A stretch of DNA of 64,000 bases from Eledone cirrhosa (GCA_964016885.1 OZ024754.1:5704001-5768000); one strand, 5' to 3'; numbered from the stretch's first letter, positions 41,708 through 55,847 are shown. Numbers and translations are program-made. The notes: generated by a model from the sequence alone, not told the origin.

Positions 41708-43111
41708 GCCACTACAATCACCAAAACCTTCCACTATCTCCTCTCTTTCTCTCGATTTCTTTCTCTCGATCTCTTTCTCTCCTCTATCTCTCTCTCTCGA
41801 TCTCTTTCTCTCGATCTCTTTCTCTCTCGGTCCCTCCCTCTCCCCTCTCTCTCTCTCTCTCGATCTCTTTCTCTCGATCTCTTTCTCTCTCTCGATCCCT
41901 CCCTCCCCTCTCTCTCGATCCCTCCCTCTCCTCTCTCACGATCTCTTTCTCTCACGATCCCTCCCTCCCTCTCCTCTCTCTCGATCTCTTTCTCTCTCGA
42001 TCCTCCCTCTCCTCTCTCTCTCTCGATCTCTCGATCTCTTTCTCTTGATCTCTTTCTCTCTCGATCCCTCCCTCTCCTTTCTCTCTCTCTCGATCTCTTT
42101 CCTCTCTCTCGATCTATTACTCTCTCTGGACACGGTTTCATTCGTCCCCACAGAAAACCCTTACGTTGTGCCTGTACCACTACTTAAAAAGCAACCTCTC
42201 TAACTGCTCCATTTCTACAAATTCCCTAAACCTCAAACACGATATAACCAGGTGTGAACAACCACATCCTTCATTACATTTAGTTTCACCTCAGTAACAA
42301 CAGTAACAACAACAGCAACAACAACAACAACAATAACAACAGTAACAACAACAACAATAACAACAACAGTAACAACAGTAACAACAACAACAACAATAAC
42401 AACAACAGTAACAACAGTAACAACAGTAATAACAACAATAATAACAACAACAGTAACAACAGTAATAACAACAACAATAACAATAGTAACAACAGTAATA
42501 ACAACAACAATAACAACAGTACCGACAGTAATAACAACAGCAGTAACAAAACAATAACAACAACAATAACAACAGTAACAAAACAATAACAACAACAATA
42601 ACAGCAATAACAACAACAATAACAACAGTAACAAAACAATAACAACAACAATAACAACAGTAATAACAACAACAATAACAACAGTAATAACAACAACAAT
42701 AACAACAATAACAACAGTAACAAAACAATAACAACAACAATAACAACAGTAACAACAGTAATAACAACAATAATAACAACAGTAATAACAACAATAACAA
42801 TGGTAATAACAACAACAATAACAACAATAACAACAGTAACAAAACAATAACAACAACAATAACAACAGTAACAACAGTAATAACAACAATAATAACAACA
42901 GTAATAACAACAATAACAACAGTAATAACAACAACAATAACAACAATAACAGCAGTAACAAAACAATAACAACAACAATAACAACAATAACAACAATAAC
43001 AAAAATAACAACAGTAATAACAACAACAACAACAACAGTAACAAAACAATAACAACAACAACAATAACAATAGTAACAACAATAACAGCAACAATAACAA
43101 CAGCGACAGTA

Positions 43112-43300
43112 ACAATTGTTTCTACTTTTTGGCACAAGGCCACCAATTATTCCAGTGCATTACTGGTACTTTATTTTATCGACCCCCGTAAGGATGAAAG
43201 GCAAAGTTAACCTCGGCGGGATTTGAACTCACATCATAAAGGGCCGTAACTCTTTGCTGCAAAGCATGGCGTACGACCCTCTACCGAGACTGCCAATCCA
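43112..43300 (-). mobile_element. SINE family S1
   Basis: Reverse complement of the 5200 copy. Confidence 0.85.
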
Positions 43301-43472
43301 ACAACGACGACAGTAACAATAACAACAACAGTACAATACTTTTCTAAAGCCAGACTGACCACAAGACCACAGTCCAATGTGGCCAACCACTGGATTTGCA
43401 TATTTCGAAAGTTCTGTGTAAGTAAGATGGTTGTCAGAGATACATGTCTATGGAATGTTCAGCCACTTGTAC

Positions 43473-44197
43473 GATAATCTCGCGATAGTCTCGCGATAGT
43501 CTCGCGATAGTCTCGCGATAGTCTCGCGATAGTCTCCCGATAGTCTCGCGATAGTCCCGCGATAGTCTCGCGATAGTCTCGCGATAGTCTCGCGATAGTC
43601 TCGCGATAATCTCGCGATAGTCTCGCGATAGTCTCGCGATAGTCTCCCGATAGTCTCCCGATAGTCTCGCGATAGTCCCGCGATAGTCACGCGATAGTCT
43701 CGCGATGGTCTCCCGATAGTCTCGCGATAGTCTCCCGATAGTCTCGCGATAGTCCCGCGATAGTCTCGCGATAGTCTCGCGATACTCTCGCGATAGTCTC
43801 CCGATAGTCTCGCGATAGTCTCGCGATAGTCTCCCGATAGTCTCGCGATAGTCCCGCGATAGTCTCGCGATAGTCTCCCGATAGTCTCGCGATAGTCCCG
43901 CGATAGTCACGCGATAGTCTCGCGATGGTCTCCCGATAGTCTCGCGATAGTCTCCCGATAGTCTCGCGATAGTCCCGCGATAGTCTCGCGATAGTCTCGC
44001 GATACTCTCGCGATAGTCTCCCGATAGTCTCGCGATAGTCTCGCGATAGTCTCCCGATAGTCTCGCGATAGTCCCGCGATAGTCTCGCGATAGTCTCCCG
44101 ATAGTCTCGCGATAGTCTCGCGATAGTCTCGCGATAGTCTCGCGATAGTCTCGCGATAGTCTCGCGATAGTCTCGCGATAGTCTCGCGATAGTCTCG
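43473..44197. repeat. CpG-rich 11-bp minisatellite GATAGTCTCGC, ~66 copies, with a 220-bp higher-order duplication
   Basis: Variant order (cccgc, cacgc, gatggt, gatact) starting at 43671 recurs at 43891. Confidence 0.95.
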
Positions 44198-44639
44198 TTG
44201 TTCGATTGAACATCTGGATCTCACTCATTGTCGGAAGTGACGGAGATCGAGCATATATACACATACACACATACGCACATATATATATATATTATATATA
44301 TATGAAACATGAGAAGAAAGAAGAATACTGCGTGGTTTGCACATGGGTTACATATGATAAAAATAGTCCTTCGTCAGTGATTTGCCAACCATCATTGGTA
44401 TACACCGCATTAAAAATCAATATATATATATATATATATAAAAAATCAATATATATATATATATATATATATACATACACACATAGATACACACACATAC
44501 ACACACATATATACACAGACGCACATACATACACATACACAGACATGAAACTGTAGAAGCCCGAACTAAATATCATCTCCCATTGCAGGAGCATCTACAT
44601 AGGATATTGACATCGCTACATTTCCACTTCCTCCTCCCA

Positions 44640-44706
<67 letters not shown>

Positions 44707-44795
44707 TACTACTACAGCCACCACAACTACCACTACTACTACTACTACTACTACCACCACTACTACTACTACTACCACCACCACAACTACCACTG

Positions 44796-44826
<31 letters not shown>

Positions 44827-45266
44827 TACTACTACCACCACCACAACTACCACTACTACTACTACTGCTACTACCACCACTACTACTACTACTACCACCA
44901 CCACCATAACTACCACCACTACTGCTACTACTACTACCACCACTTCTACTACTGCTACTACCACCACTACCACTACTACTACCACTACTACTCAATCTCC
45001 CTCTTCGACTATGTTATTCACTGTCAATATAGCAAAAAAAAACATAAATAACAACAACAACAACAGTTGCAATAGAGGAAACATACAAACAATAACAACA
45101 ATAACAACAGTAAGAACAACATTAACAACAACAACAATAACAACAGTAACGACAGTAACAACAACAACAGTAACAACAACAACAACAACAGTAACAACAT
45201 CAATATTAAAAACAACAACGACCTGAATGACAAGTGGAGAAAATATATAAATAATTAGAACAGGGA

Positions 45267-45301
<35 letters not shown>

Positions 45302-45421
45302 GCAACAACAACAACAACAACAACAACAACCACAACAGCAACAAGAACAACAGTTCCAGGAACAACAAACAATATACATAGTAAAACATTGACAAAATGA
45401 GTTCCACATAGTCCCTCGACT

Positions 45422-45485
<64 letters not shown>

Positions 45486-45572
45486 TCTCTCTCTCTCTTT
45501 CTCTCTCATCCTCTACCTCCCTCTCTCTCTCTAATATATATATATATATATATATATCTCTATATATATACA

Positions 45573-45609
<37 letters not shown>

Positions 45610-45610
45610 T

Positions 45611-45663
<53 letters not shown>

Positions 45664-45702
45664 AACGATTTTGTTCAGTATATTTCTTTAATATACATAT
45701 TA

Positions 45703-45733
<31 letters not shown>

Positions 45734-45734
45734 C

Positions 45735-45831
<97 letters not shown>

Positions 45832-45841
45832 CATACATATA

Positions 45842-45872
<31 letters not shown>

Positions 45873-45957
45873 ATATATATATATATATACGCTTATATGT
45901 TTGAGAAAGTGTATTACATATTAATATGCTTGCATATTATGCATTATGTCCATAAAA

Positions 45958-45988
<31 letters not shown>

Positions 45989-45993
45989 CACAC

Positions 45994-46060
<67 letters not shown>

Positions 46061-46095
46061 CACACACATATATATATATATACATATATATATAC

Positions 46096-46127
<32 letters not shown>

Positions 46128-46402
46128 GTGTGTGTGTGGGAATTATATGTATATTTGTATGTGTAAACACTTTCAGACAGACAGTGATGCTCTCTAATTC
46201 TCAAACTCCCATTTGGAGACCTGTTTCTAGTTTCTTCCAATTTTGCTTAAAACAAACACGTATATGATAATCTTGTATGCAAACCAACGTAGTATCAACA
46301 CATATGTAGTCAACCATACTCTCATGCATAAAGATATATATATATATAGACATGTATATATATAGACATGTATACACACTCACACACACACACACACACA
46401 CA

Positions 46403-46494
<92 letters not shown>

Positions 46495-46562
46495 CGTTTC
46501 TGAATTTGTTTAGCAAGATTCTTTATCTGAAATCGTGTGGCAACATGACCCTCCCAAAGTAT

Positions 46563-46606
<44 letters not shown>

Positions 46607-46677
46607 GTATACACACTCACACACAAACACATATATATATATATATATATAAATATTAAAACAATAGATATATAGAT

Positions 46678-46760
46678 ATGTTTCTTTATTAGCCACAGGG
46701 GCACAAAAGAAGGGGACAAATACAAAGGGGGAAGTTTACATACAATAAAAACGTGTAAAA
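46678..46760 (-). mobile_element. Very short 3' end of the same L1/Tx1-like LINE as 12640
   Basis: tttctttattagccacaggggcacaaaagaaggggacaaatacaaagggggaagtttacatacaataaaaacgtgtaaaa identical to 12641-12720. Confidence 0.8.
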
Positions 46761-46780
46761 TACTATCACAAATACAATTT

Positions 46781-46859
<79 letters not shown>

Positions 46860-46871
46860 TATACATATATG

Positions 46872-46903
<32 letters not shown>

Positions 46904-46951
46904 CTGTGTCTGTATGTGTGTATACAAGCACATCTATGCATACACACAGAA

Positions 46952-47033
<82 letters not shown>

Positions 47034-47441
47034 TACATATATATACATACATATATATATACACACACACACACATATATATATACACGCATACTTAGCT
47101 AAAACATATTTGCATATGTGTCTCTTATGTGCAAAACGTAAATAAAAGAAGATAAATCTTAAAGATGTATATATTTTATCTTCCTCCTACTACACCTCGC
47201 CACTCCCTCTTATATTCTCTCTCATTTACTACCATCGCCTCTCTTTCTTCATCTTTTTTGGTATGTATTAACCAATAAATGAATCTATCTATCTATCTAT
47301 ATATCTATATATGCATCCATCTCTCTCTTTCTCCCTATATATATATGTGTGTTTGTGCGTGCGTGTGTGTGTATGTGTGTCAATTCTCTTTGTATCTATA
47401 AATCCATTCAACTATATATTTATCTATCTATCTACCTATAA

Positions 47442-47478
<37 letters not shown>

Positions 47479-47527
47479 TATATTAAAATATAAGTATTAA
47501 TAAAATAGATGTTCTTTTGATCAATTA

Positions 47528-47587
47528 CATTTTATTATTATACATATTTCGGAGGTACAACAGTACGTCCTCATCAGACAAAATATA
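47528..47587 (-). ncRNA. Hammerhead ribozyme, inverted copy (family H)
   Basis: Minus strand: tatattttgt CTGATGA ggacgtac-tgtt-gtacctcc GAAA tatgta TA ataataaaat; stem I weakened by a 3-nt insertion. Confidence 0.65.
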
Positions 47588-47650
47588 ATGATGCATGACA
47601 TACCCTGAGATGTTAAACCATTTAACATCTCAGGGTATGTCATGTACCAT

Positions 47651-47709
47651 TATATTTTGTCTGATGAGGACGTACTGTTGTACCTCTGAAATATGTATAA
47701 TAAAATATA
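47651..47709 (+). ncRNA. Minimal type I hammerhead ribozyme (family H)
   Basis: tatattttgt CTGATGA ggacgtac-tgtt-gtacctct GAAA tatgta TA ataaaatata; 10-bp stem I. Confidence 0.85.
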
Positions 47710-47849
47710 ATTGATCAAAAGAACATCTATTTTATTAATACTTATATTTAAATATTAATAACTCCTGAAAATAATTTTAAACCGTTGAGTACTTCCAATC
47801 TACTGTAAAACTCATTCTTTGACATAATCATCGAATATTGTTTAAAAAA

Positions 47850-47889
<40 letters not shown>

Positions 47890-48387
47890 CTATCTATCTA
47901 TCCATATATCTATCTATATATCCATCAATCTATCTATCTATCTATATATCTATCTATCTATCCATCAATCTATCTATCTATCTATCTCTTTCTATCTATC
48001 TATCAATCTCTATCCATCTATCTCGCTATCTCTCTATCTACCTATCAATCTCTCTCTCTCTCTCTCTCTATCTATATCTATCTATCAATCTCTAGCTCTC
48101 TATATCTACCTATCTATCTATTGATATGTCTTGGGCCCCAGTTTCAATTAACAATTCAAAAGATGTTCCCAAGACAATAGCCAATATATATATTTATGTA
48201 AATAGAACGTCAAGCTGTTGTGGTGTGAAACAATTCAACGACGATGTCGCCTCGTCTCCTCTCCATCAAAATGGCTGCAGGAAATCCTGGAAATAACAAT
48301 TGGCCAATCATTACAGCATAGAATAATCGATTAGTATTGAAGGCGCCGCACGCTGTTGAAAACAGAGACATCAGATCTAATTTCTGT

Positions 48388-48618
48388 TACATGTAAAGTG
48401 ATAAATTGATATGGCCGTTAGAGCATCGCATAGAAGGATTCGCGGTTTTTATTGCGTTTCTTTAGCTTTGCAAGTTCTATTTTGCCTTACATGTAAAGTG
48501 ATAAATTGATATAGTCGTTAGAGCATCGCATAGAAGGATTCGCGGTTTTTATTGCGTTTCTTTAGCTTTGTGAGTTCTATTTTGCCTGACATGTAAAGTG
48601 ATAAATTGATATAGTCGT
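48388..48618. repeat. 100-bp tandem duplication, 2.3 copies
   Basis: acatgtaaagtgataaattgata at 48389, 48489 and 48589. Confidence 0.9.
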
Positions 48619-48621
48619 ATC

Positions 48622-48888
48622 ACTCATATTAAATAAATGAAAACTATATTTATGAAACCATATTTATTCTATTATATATATTTCAAGGGTACCAAAAATT
48701 TTGGTACGCACTTTCCAGGGATAACTTGAACCGTTAAGGTATATCATCCTTGATCATGTCAAATATTTATAAAACATTTTGTATTTTATCTGATGATAGC
48801 GTACCAACATTTTTTATACCCTTGAAATATATATAATAGAATAAATATGGTTTTATAAATATAGTTTCCATTTATTTAATATCAATTG

Positions 48889-48890
<2 letters not shown>
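48622..48890 (+). mobile_element. Family E element with inverted partial copy (48626-48710)
   Basis: atattaaataaatg..tttcaagggtacc mirrored by acccttgaaa..catttatttaatat. Confidence 0.8.
48782..48843 (+). ncRNA. Minimal type I hammerhead ribozyme (family E)
   Basis: tattttat CTGATGA tagcgtaccaac..tataccctt GAAA tatata TA atagaata; stem II partly decayed. Confidence 0.7.
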
Positions 48891-48973
<83 letters not shown>

Positions 48974-49191
48974 CGTTGTTGAGGTATATGTTTGGCCACT
49001 GCCTTTGGCCATTTTTCTTGGTGTCACACTGTTTAATTGTTGTATTTAATCTAGACAGTAATGAATTAAGATACACCACTATTGAGTGCTTTGTGTTTGC
49101 CTCAAACAATTCGATTAGAACCTGCTATATGGCAGCTACAACTTAGATTCATACCTAATATAATATTATATTATATATATATATATATATA

Positions 49192-49372
49192 CGTTATTCC
49201 GGAGGTAACCACAGTAAGTAAGGTACTCAATACATAGCAGAGTATAAAAGTTTCAATATAGATGAGATTCTACAGGACTAGAACTGCTTCATTTTTAGAA
49301 ATCATCAGGAATTCCTGATTATTTCTAAAGAATGAAACAGTTCTAGTCCTGTCGAATCTCATCTATATTAAA
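49192..49372 (-). mobile_element. Family A element, fold-back centred on GAATTC; two HHRs each with one core mutation
   Basis: Minus copy CTGATGA..GAAG; plus copy CTGATTA..GAAA cag..ctg TC gaat. Confidence 0.8.
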
Positions 49373-49377
49373 AAAAA

Positions 49378-49427
<50 letters not shown>

Positions 49428-49618
49428 TACTTTTCATACTGTCGCATGCAATCCACTCTGTGCTTTTTATTTGTAATTATTGTATAATTCTGTTGTAATA
49501 TATGTCGCATCCATTCCACTCTGTAGATACGAAACTGTTGTTGACAACATTAATATCCATGTATCTACATGATTGTTCAGTTGAATAGGAGGTTAACTAT
49601 ATGTGCAAACATTGCTAG

Positions 49619-49665
49619 TGCTCCGATGACCCCAAACGAAAGTTCGGAAGAAACGATTGTGAGCA
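49619..49665 (+). ncRNA. Decayed hammerhead ribozyme (family L)
   Basis: tgct CCGATGA cc-ccaaac-gaaa-gttcgg-aa GAAA cgattg TG agca; U4 and H17 altered. Confidence 0.45.
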
Positions 49666-49708
49666 ATTAAATGATTTGAACGTAACTTTGATTATTGTGT
49701 AATTTATA

Positions 49709-49759
<51 letters not shown>

Positions 49760-50470
49760 AGGGTGTTAAAGTTTGCTTGAAGCATTGTGAAATGTGTAAA
49801 ATACGTAGTTTAGAAAGCCACAACAATGCAGAGGGAAATCTCGAGGTAGGAAGTGAATGATAGATAGGAGAAATAGGAGAAAGTGAAAATTGAGAGAGAC
49901 AAAGATGAAAACAAAACAAAGGTAGAAGGGTTACCGTAGTGGAGATTTAATCCCAATATTTCGGGCTCACGCCCATCAACGGGGGAAAGTTACAAAAGGG
50001 GGGAACAGGCTAAGCGGAGAAAGTTGTGATGTCGTTAAAACAGGAATGATTATATATATATATGCGTATGATTATATATATATATGCGTATGTGTTTGTA
50101 TGTGTATATGTGTTACATTAAGACCATATTATAGACCAACCAGCGAAGCTAAGACAGACGTACAAACAGAATAAAATAGAAGCGAAAAATGTAAGCCCTG
50201 AAGATATTTATTTAGTGTATCACCCAACTAAAATTGTTTACCTAAAAGAACACACACCACAGTCTGTTATATATATACTAATATGATAATATATATATAA
50301 CACATATATATATGTGTGTGTGTGTGTGTGTGCGTATATATATTATATACATATATATATATATACTACCAAACAGATATATATCTATATATATATATAT
50401 ATATATATAGATAGATAGATATATATATGTATATATATATAGAGAGAGAGAGAGATACATATATATGCAC

Positions 50471-50547
<77 letters not shown>

Positions 50548-50665
50548 CGTTTGTATCTCTATATACGCATGTATACGTATATATATATATATAAATATAT
50601 ATATATGTATATATATAGACGTTTGAATCTCTATATACGCATATATATGTATATATATATATGTG

Positions 50666-50742
<77 letters not shown>

Positions 50743-50845
50743 GTACGGCAACACTCATCTTTTTCCATTTCTCCGAGGGTTATAAACCCCACTATCAGGC
50801 GTTTCAAAAACTTACTTCCATGTTTACGTTTGTAATTTGCTTGCT

Positions 50846-50880
<35 letters not shown>

Positions 50881-51394
50881 GTGTGTCTGATGGTAGCTAA
50901 GATACTTCCATAGTCGGTATAATATATATTTATGTATATATATATATATATATATTTCAATTGGTAAGAGTATGCGTGTTTGGTTTTATCAAAGACGATA
51001 TCGTACAAATTAGTAAGATATTTTTCGGCTAGTTAGTACAAACATATGATTCTTTCAACACGCATACACACATCTACAGATATACACACACATACAAACA
51101 TATACACACACAATCTCACACACATACACACACATAAACGCGTGTGCACACGTACACACACACCACATACGTTCGTAGGAGTACAAGAGAGCACATGTCA
51201 CAACATATACTCACAGATGCATGCAGAAGCTCTCTAAAGATGAAAACAAAATATGTATTACATAAAATACAAAAGTTGAAATATAGAAGAATACTTAAAA
51301 CATATATTGTGCAACAAAGAACAACATTATGAAAATGAGACTTGAAAATACACGTACATATGGACATAGTTTATTCAGTATAATATATATATAT

Positions 51395-51459
<65 letters not shown>

Positions 51460-51581
51460 CACATATTTATATATACGTATAAATATATATGTATATAAAT
51501 ATATATATAAATATATATATATATATTATATATATATATATATGTATATATATATTTATATATGTATGTATATATATATAT

Positions 51582-51631
51582 ATAGTAATAATAAATCTGA
51601 AGACTAAATTTCGAAGAGGGCTCGATAGGGA

Positions 51632-51697
<66 letters not shown>

Positions 51698-51830
51698 GTA
51701 AAGCAAGTAGTTACGTTAGTTACGTCTTTTGAAATATTTACTTCTGTGTCCACAGATTGATTTTTTTAGTTTCAGAAGATCCCATTAAGGGTGAAAGCAG
51801 CGATTCTTTGCTTAATCTTTTATCTGTTCT
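51582..51830. mobile_element. Family F element (tail on minus, inverted HHR-variant segment on plus at 51768-51818)
   Basis: Homologous to 30412-30853; agttt CAGAAGA tcccattaagggt GAAA gca..tgc TT aatct. Confidence 0.75.
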
Positions 51831-51974
51831 TATATATATATATATATATATATATTGAGTGGGTGGCCCATGGTGGGAAATCGCTGAAATATGGTATAGC
51901 CATTTGTGTAAATGGGAAATAAATTTTGCAAAATTAATAAAAATAGATACTGACAGACAGACGGACTGACAGAC

Positions 51975-52086
<112 letters not shown>

Positions 52087-52849
52087 TGTGCGATGGAAGC
52101 AATATTGAGAGAGAAAATTGATAGAAAGTGAGAGACAAGCTAAGTAAAGGATTAAGTCTGAAACATTGAATCACACAAGACATGATAATTACAGCTGAAC
52201 AAATACTACTGTGACGTCACATGACTCCTTATAATTATCAGCATCACAAAAGCCAGATGTATTGAAGGATCCACTCCTTTTTATTCACTGAATCTGTTAA
52301 ATGTAGCAGCGAAAACCCCACATCTTTTAAATGAGGTCCAGATGTTCGTGCTAAATATTAAGGCGCAACTAGTCGCTTTTTTTCTCAATCTAGATGTGGT
52401 CGTTTCTAACTAGATGATTTGAACAAGATTTTCATTCGACTAGCCACCCGTCTCACCCCAAAATCTTTAACTCACCCTCATTCTCACAATCACTTTAATT
52501 CTCACTCTCTTCCTTCCCTCTCCTTCACTCCCTCTCGCCCCTTCATTCTCTCATAGATCTGGTTATTGATGGTATAATTAGAGTCATGTTTAGCTGATAT
52601 TTCTATCAGACCATTATACAGACCACAACTTCATGAAAACCTCATCCACGTTTACTTGTATTAAGTCTAGAATCATTTGATTAGTTTTCCACCCGAGATT
52701 CACTCACACAAGTAACTCCAGCTCTGAACAACATAAAATTCATTCACAGTCAAGCGACTGTTGTTGTTTAGCAGCAAATTAAGCCTTATTAACTACGAAA
52801 TCGTTGATGAAATTTCCAGACCCTGTCCAACTAGTCGTGAATAGTCAAA

Positions 52850-52955
52850 CCACAAACCTCCCATCTTAAGTATACTTTTGAAAAGCATAAGAACTGTGTA
52901 ACAGGTAAAGGAAATAAATAAATATTCTTTAAAAGGACTCCAGTTGCATTTTCGA
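52850..52955 (+). repeat. Dispersed repeat, homologous to 60400-60510
   Basis: gaaaagcataagaactgtg..ggtaaaggaaataaataaatattctt..gactccag.tgcattt shared. Confidence 0.75.
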
Positions 52956-52967
52956 TTTCTTTTCTTC

Positions 52968-53050
<83 letters not shown>

Positions 53051-53078
53051 TATATATATATATAAAATATATATATAT

Positions 53079-53127
<49 letters not shown>

Positions 53128-53156
53128 AATGGAGAAAAAATATATATATATATATA

Positions 53157-53307
<151 letters not shown>

Positions 53308-53464
53308 TTGCATATATTGCATAGATTGCAAGGGTACGTTCCTTCAACATTCCATCAGGATATACGCTTGATTTCGTGCAAGGATTTAATATAAATATAT
53401 TCAGAATTGCACGCATATACACATACATATACGCATGCATACATACACATGCAACATGTGTATA

Positions 53465-53523
<59 letters not shown>

Positions 53524-53971
53524 GTGTAGACGCGTAGCCCAAAGCCAAGCAGCTTTCCTCAATAACATAATGCCAAGATATTAAAATCAATTGAAATGGC
53601 AATGATATAATCACTTGCCAATTAATAGAATATTAAATAATTAATAGCAGAAATTATGAAAATTTTTCTAGAAAATTAATTAAAATTTTCAAATATATAC
53701 ATCTAAGGTTTCAATTTAGCTTAGAAAAACACCTAAAGCTATAAGAACTATTTTAAAATATATGCAAGCCACACGTACAATTCGGCCTTCTCCCTCCCTC
53801 CTTCTTTCCCTCTCTCTCTCTATATATATATATCATTCTTTCTTCTTTCTCTCTCTCTCTCTCTCCTTCTACATATCTCTCTATCTCTCTTTCTCTCATT
53901 TTATCTTTTCATCACTCTCTCACTCACTCTTGCTCATACGCGCACTATATGAGAGAGAGAGATAAATACAT

Positions 53972-54046
<75 letters not shown>

Positions 54047-54050
<4 letters not shown>

Positions 54051-54230
54051 AACGAGTAGGACCCCGACGGCTGAGCTCAAGCCGTTTCGACGTCCAGAAT
54101 TAGCCGTCGAAACGGCTTGAGCTCAGCCGTCGGGGTCCTACTCGTTCCTATTACCCACTCTACTACCCTAAGTATTGAGTACTTTGGTGCGTTATGGTCC
54201 ACCTGGTTCCTTACCACATTTCCTTCGTTA
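54047..54230 (+). mobile_element. Family J element (fold-back, half HHR)
   Basis: Best-preserved copy; inverted arm 54047-54091. Confidence 0.85.
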
Positions 54231-54240
54231 TATATATATA

Positions 54241-54350
54241 TAGGAACGAGTAGAACCCCGACGGCTGAGCTCAAGCCGTTTCGAATTAGCCGTCGAAACG
54301 GCTTCACTGCGTTATGGTCCATCTGGTTCCTTACCACATTTCCTTCGTTA
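54241..54350 (+). mobile_element. Family J element, internally deleted
   Basis: Same outer ends as the 54047 copy with the middle missing. Confidence 0.75.
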
Positions 54351-54421
54351 TATATATATATATATGTTTATACTTATATATATATATATGTATATGTTTA
54401 TACTTACATATATTTATATAT

Positions 54422-54551
54422 AAATATTTATTAAAATAACAGATTAAAGTTTAAGCAAAGAATCGCTGCTTTCACCCTTAATGGGTTCTTATATATTTGA
54501 TATATCCTTATCGAGCCCTGTTTGGATTTTAGTCTTCAAATTTATTATTAT

Positions 54552-54557
<6 letters not shown>
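54422..54557 (+). mobile_element. Family F element with non-overlapping inversion
   Basis: Inverted HHR 3' segment 54422-54485 joined at ggttctt microhomology to the direct 3' tail. Confidence 0.75.
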
Positions 54558-54596
<39 letters not shown>

Positions 54597-54599
<3 letters not shown>

Positions 54600-54786
54600 C
54601 GAAAGAAATGTGGTAAGGAACCAGGTGGACCATAACGCCCCAAAGTACTCAATACTTAGGGTAGGAGAGTGGGTAATAGGAACAAGTATGACCCCGACGG
54701 CAGAGCTCAAGTCGTTTAGACGGCTAATTCTGGACTCAATTAGCCGTCGAAACGACTTGAGCTCTGCCGTCGGGGTCAAACTTGTT

Positions 54787-54790
<4 letters not shown>
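54597..54790 (-). mobile_element. Family J element (fold-back)
   Basis: Arms share private variants cagagctc/gagctctg and aagtcg/cgactt. Confidence 0.85.
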
Positions 54791-54830
<40 letters not shown>

Positions 54831-54858
54831 ATATATATGTTTGTCTTTCTTCTATCCG

Positions 54859-54911
<53 letters not shown>

Positions 54912-54938
54912 TGTGTATATATATATATATATATATAT

Positions 54939-55030
<92 letters not shown>

Positions 55031-55058
55031 GTATATATATATATATATATTGTGTATA

Positions 55059-55664
55059 TGTCAGGTCACCAGTTGGTGCTACTGGTAACATGTATCCCAG
55101 TACAACCTGTCTCATGGTCGGGTCATTGGCGACTAAACTGGCAACCCCACCAAGGTTTCTTGGTGAGGAGGGTGACTTTGGACATCCTGCAGGACTAAAA
55201 ACAAAACCTGTCAAAGGGCAAAGGAGCTCTTAAGAGTCAATGGCCATCCAAAATCACCGGGAGAGATGACCCCTTAGCCTTTGTCAAGGCAGAATTCTAG
55301 GAGAAGGAAAACTCTGATATAACACCTGCAACCCTGATGGTATCCAATGATGTTGATTTGTTCTTTTTGGTAAATATCATCTTGGTTAAGAGAGTGGGAC
55401 TGGCTTTGTGCAGTGCCTTTGCTCACTATAAAAGCTTCACGGCACAGGCATTGCTTTATATCTGGAGATCTCTCTGCACTTGTTATCACATGGTACCATG
55501 GGCCCAGCACTATATGTCAATAATTGTCACAAGTGTAGTGTTTGTACCAGAGTTTTCAAGTCGCTGGCTGGACTAAAAAGTCACGCTCGTTCAGCGCATC
55601 GGTAGGGGTTCTCCTACATGGATATAAAGTAGTGGCCGTACTCGAAAACGAGTTGGCAGCCACC
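55059..55664 (+). mobile_element. Second copy of the ~610 bp RTE-like non-autonomous element
   Basis: Near-identical to 3423-4031. Confidence 0.7.
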
Positions 55665-55681
55665 ATATATATATATATATA

Positions 55682-55847
55682 TAATATAAGATCAAAAGAT
55701 GGTTAAAGGAGTTCCATGTATTTTATTATGCGCATTTCAAAAACAAACATCATCATGCAATAATATTTGTGTTTTCATCAGATAAAACAGGAGAACATGA
55801 TATGAAGGCTAAAAAACACTTGTGGATAGTGCAGTTTTAAATCAACA
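55682..55847 (-). mobile_element. HHR element family B solo unit
   Basis: Reverse complement of 8040-8205. Confidence 0.85.
55719..55789 (-). ncRNA. Minimal type I hammerhead ribozyme (family B)
   Basis: Minus strand: tgttttat CTGATGA .. GAAA tgcgca TA ataaaata. Confidence 0.85.

Larger units (their letters stand above)
47479..47855 (+). mobile_element. HHR element family H with ~137 bp fold-back arms
   Basis: 47481-47617 mirrored by 47621-47755 (apex cca); tail with ttgagtac to (TA)n. Confidence 0.85.

Noticed and set aside
43434-44270. 278-aa SRDYRETIARL repeat ORF
   Set aside because: Product of the 11-bp minisatellite; no domain, start context or splice evidence
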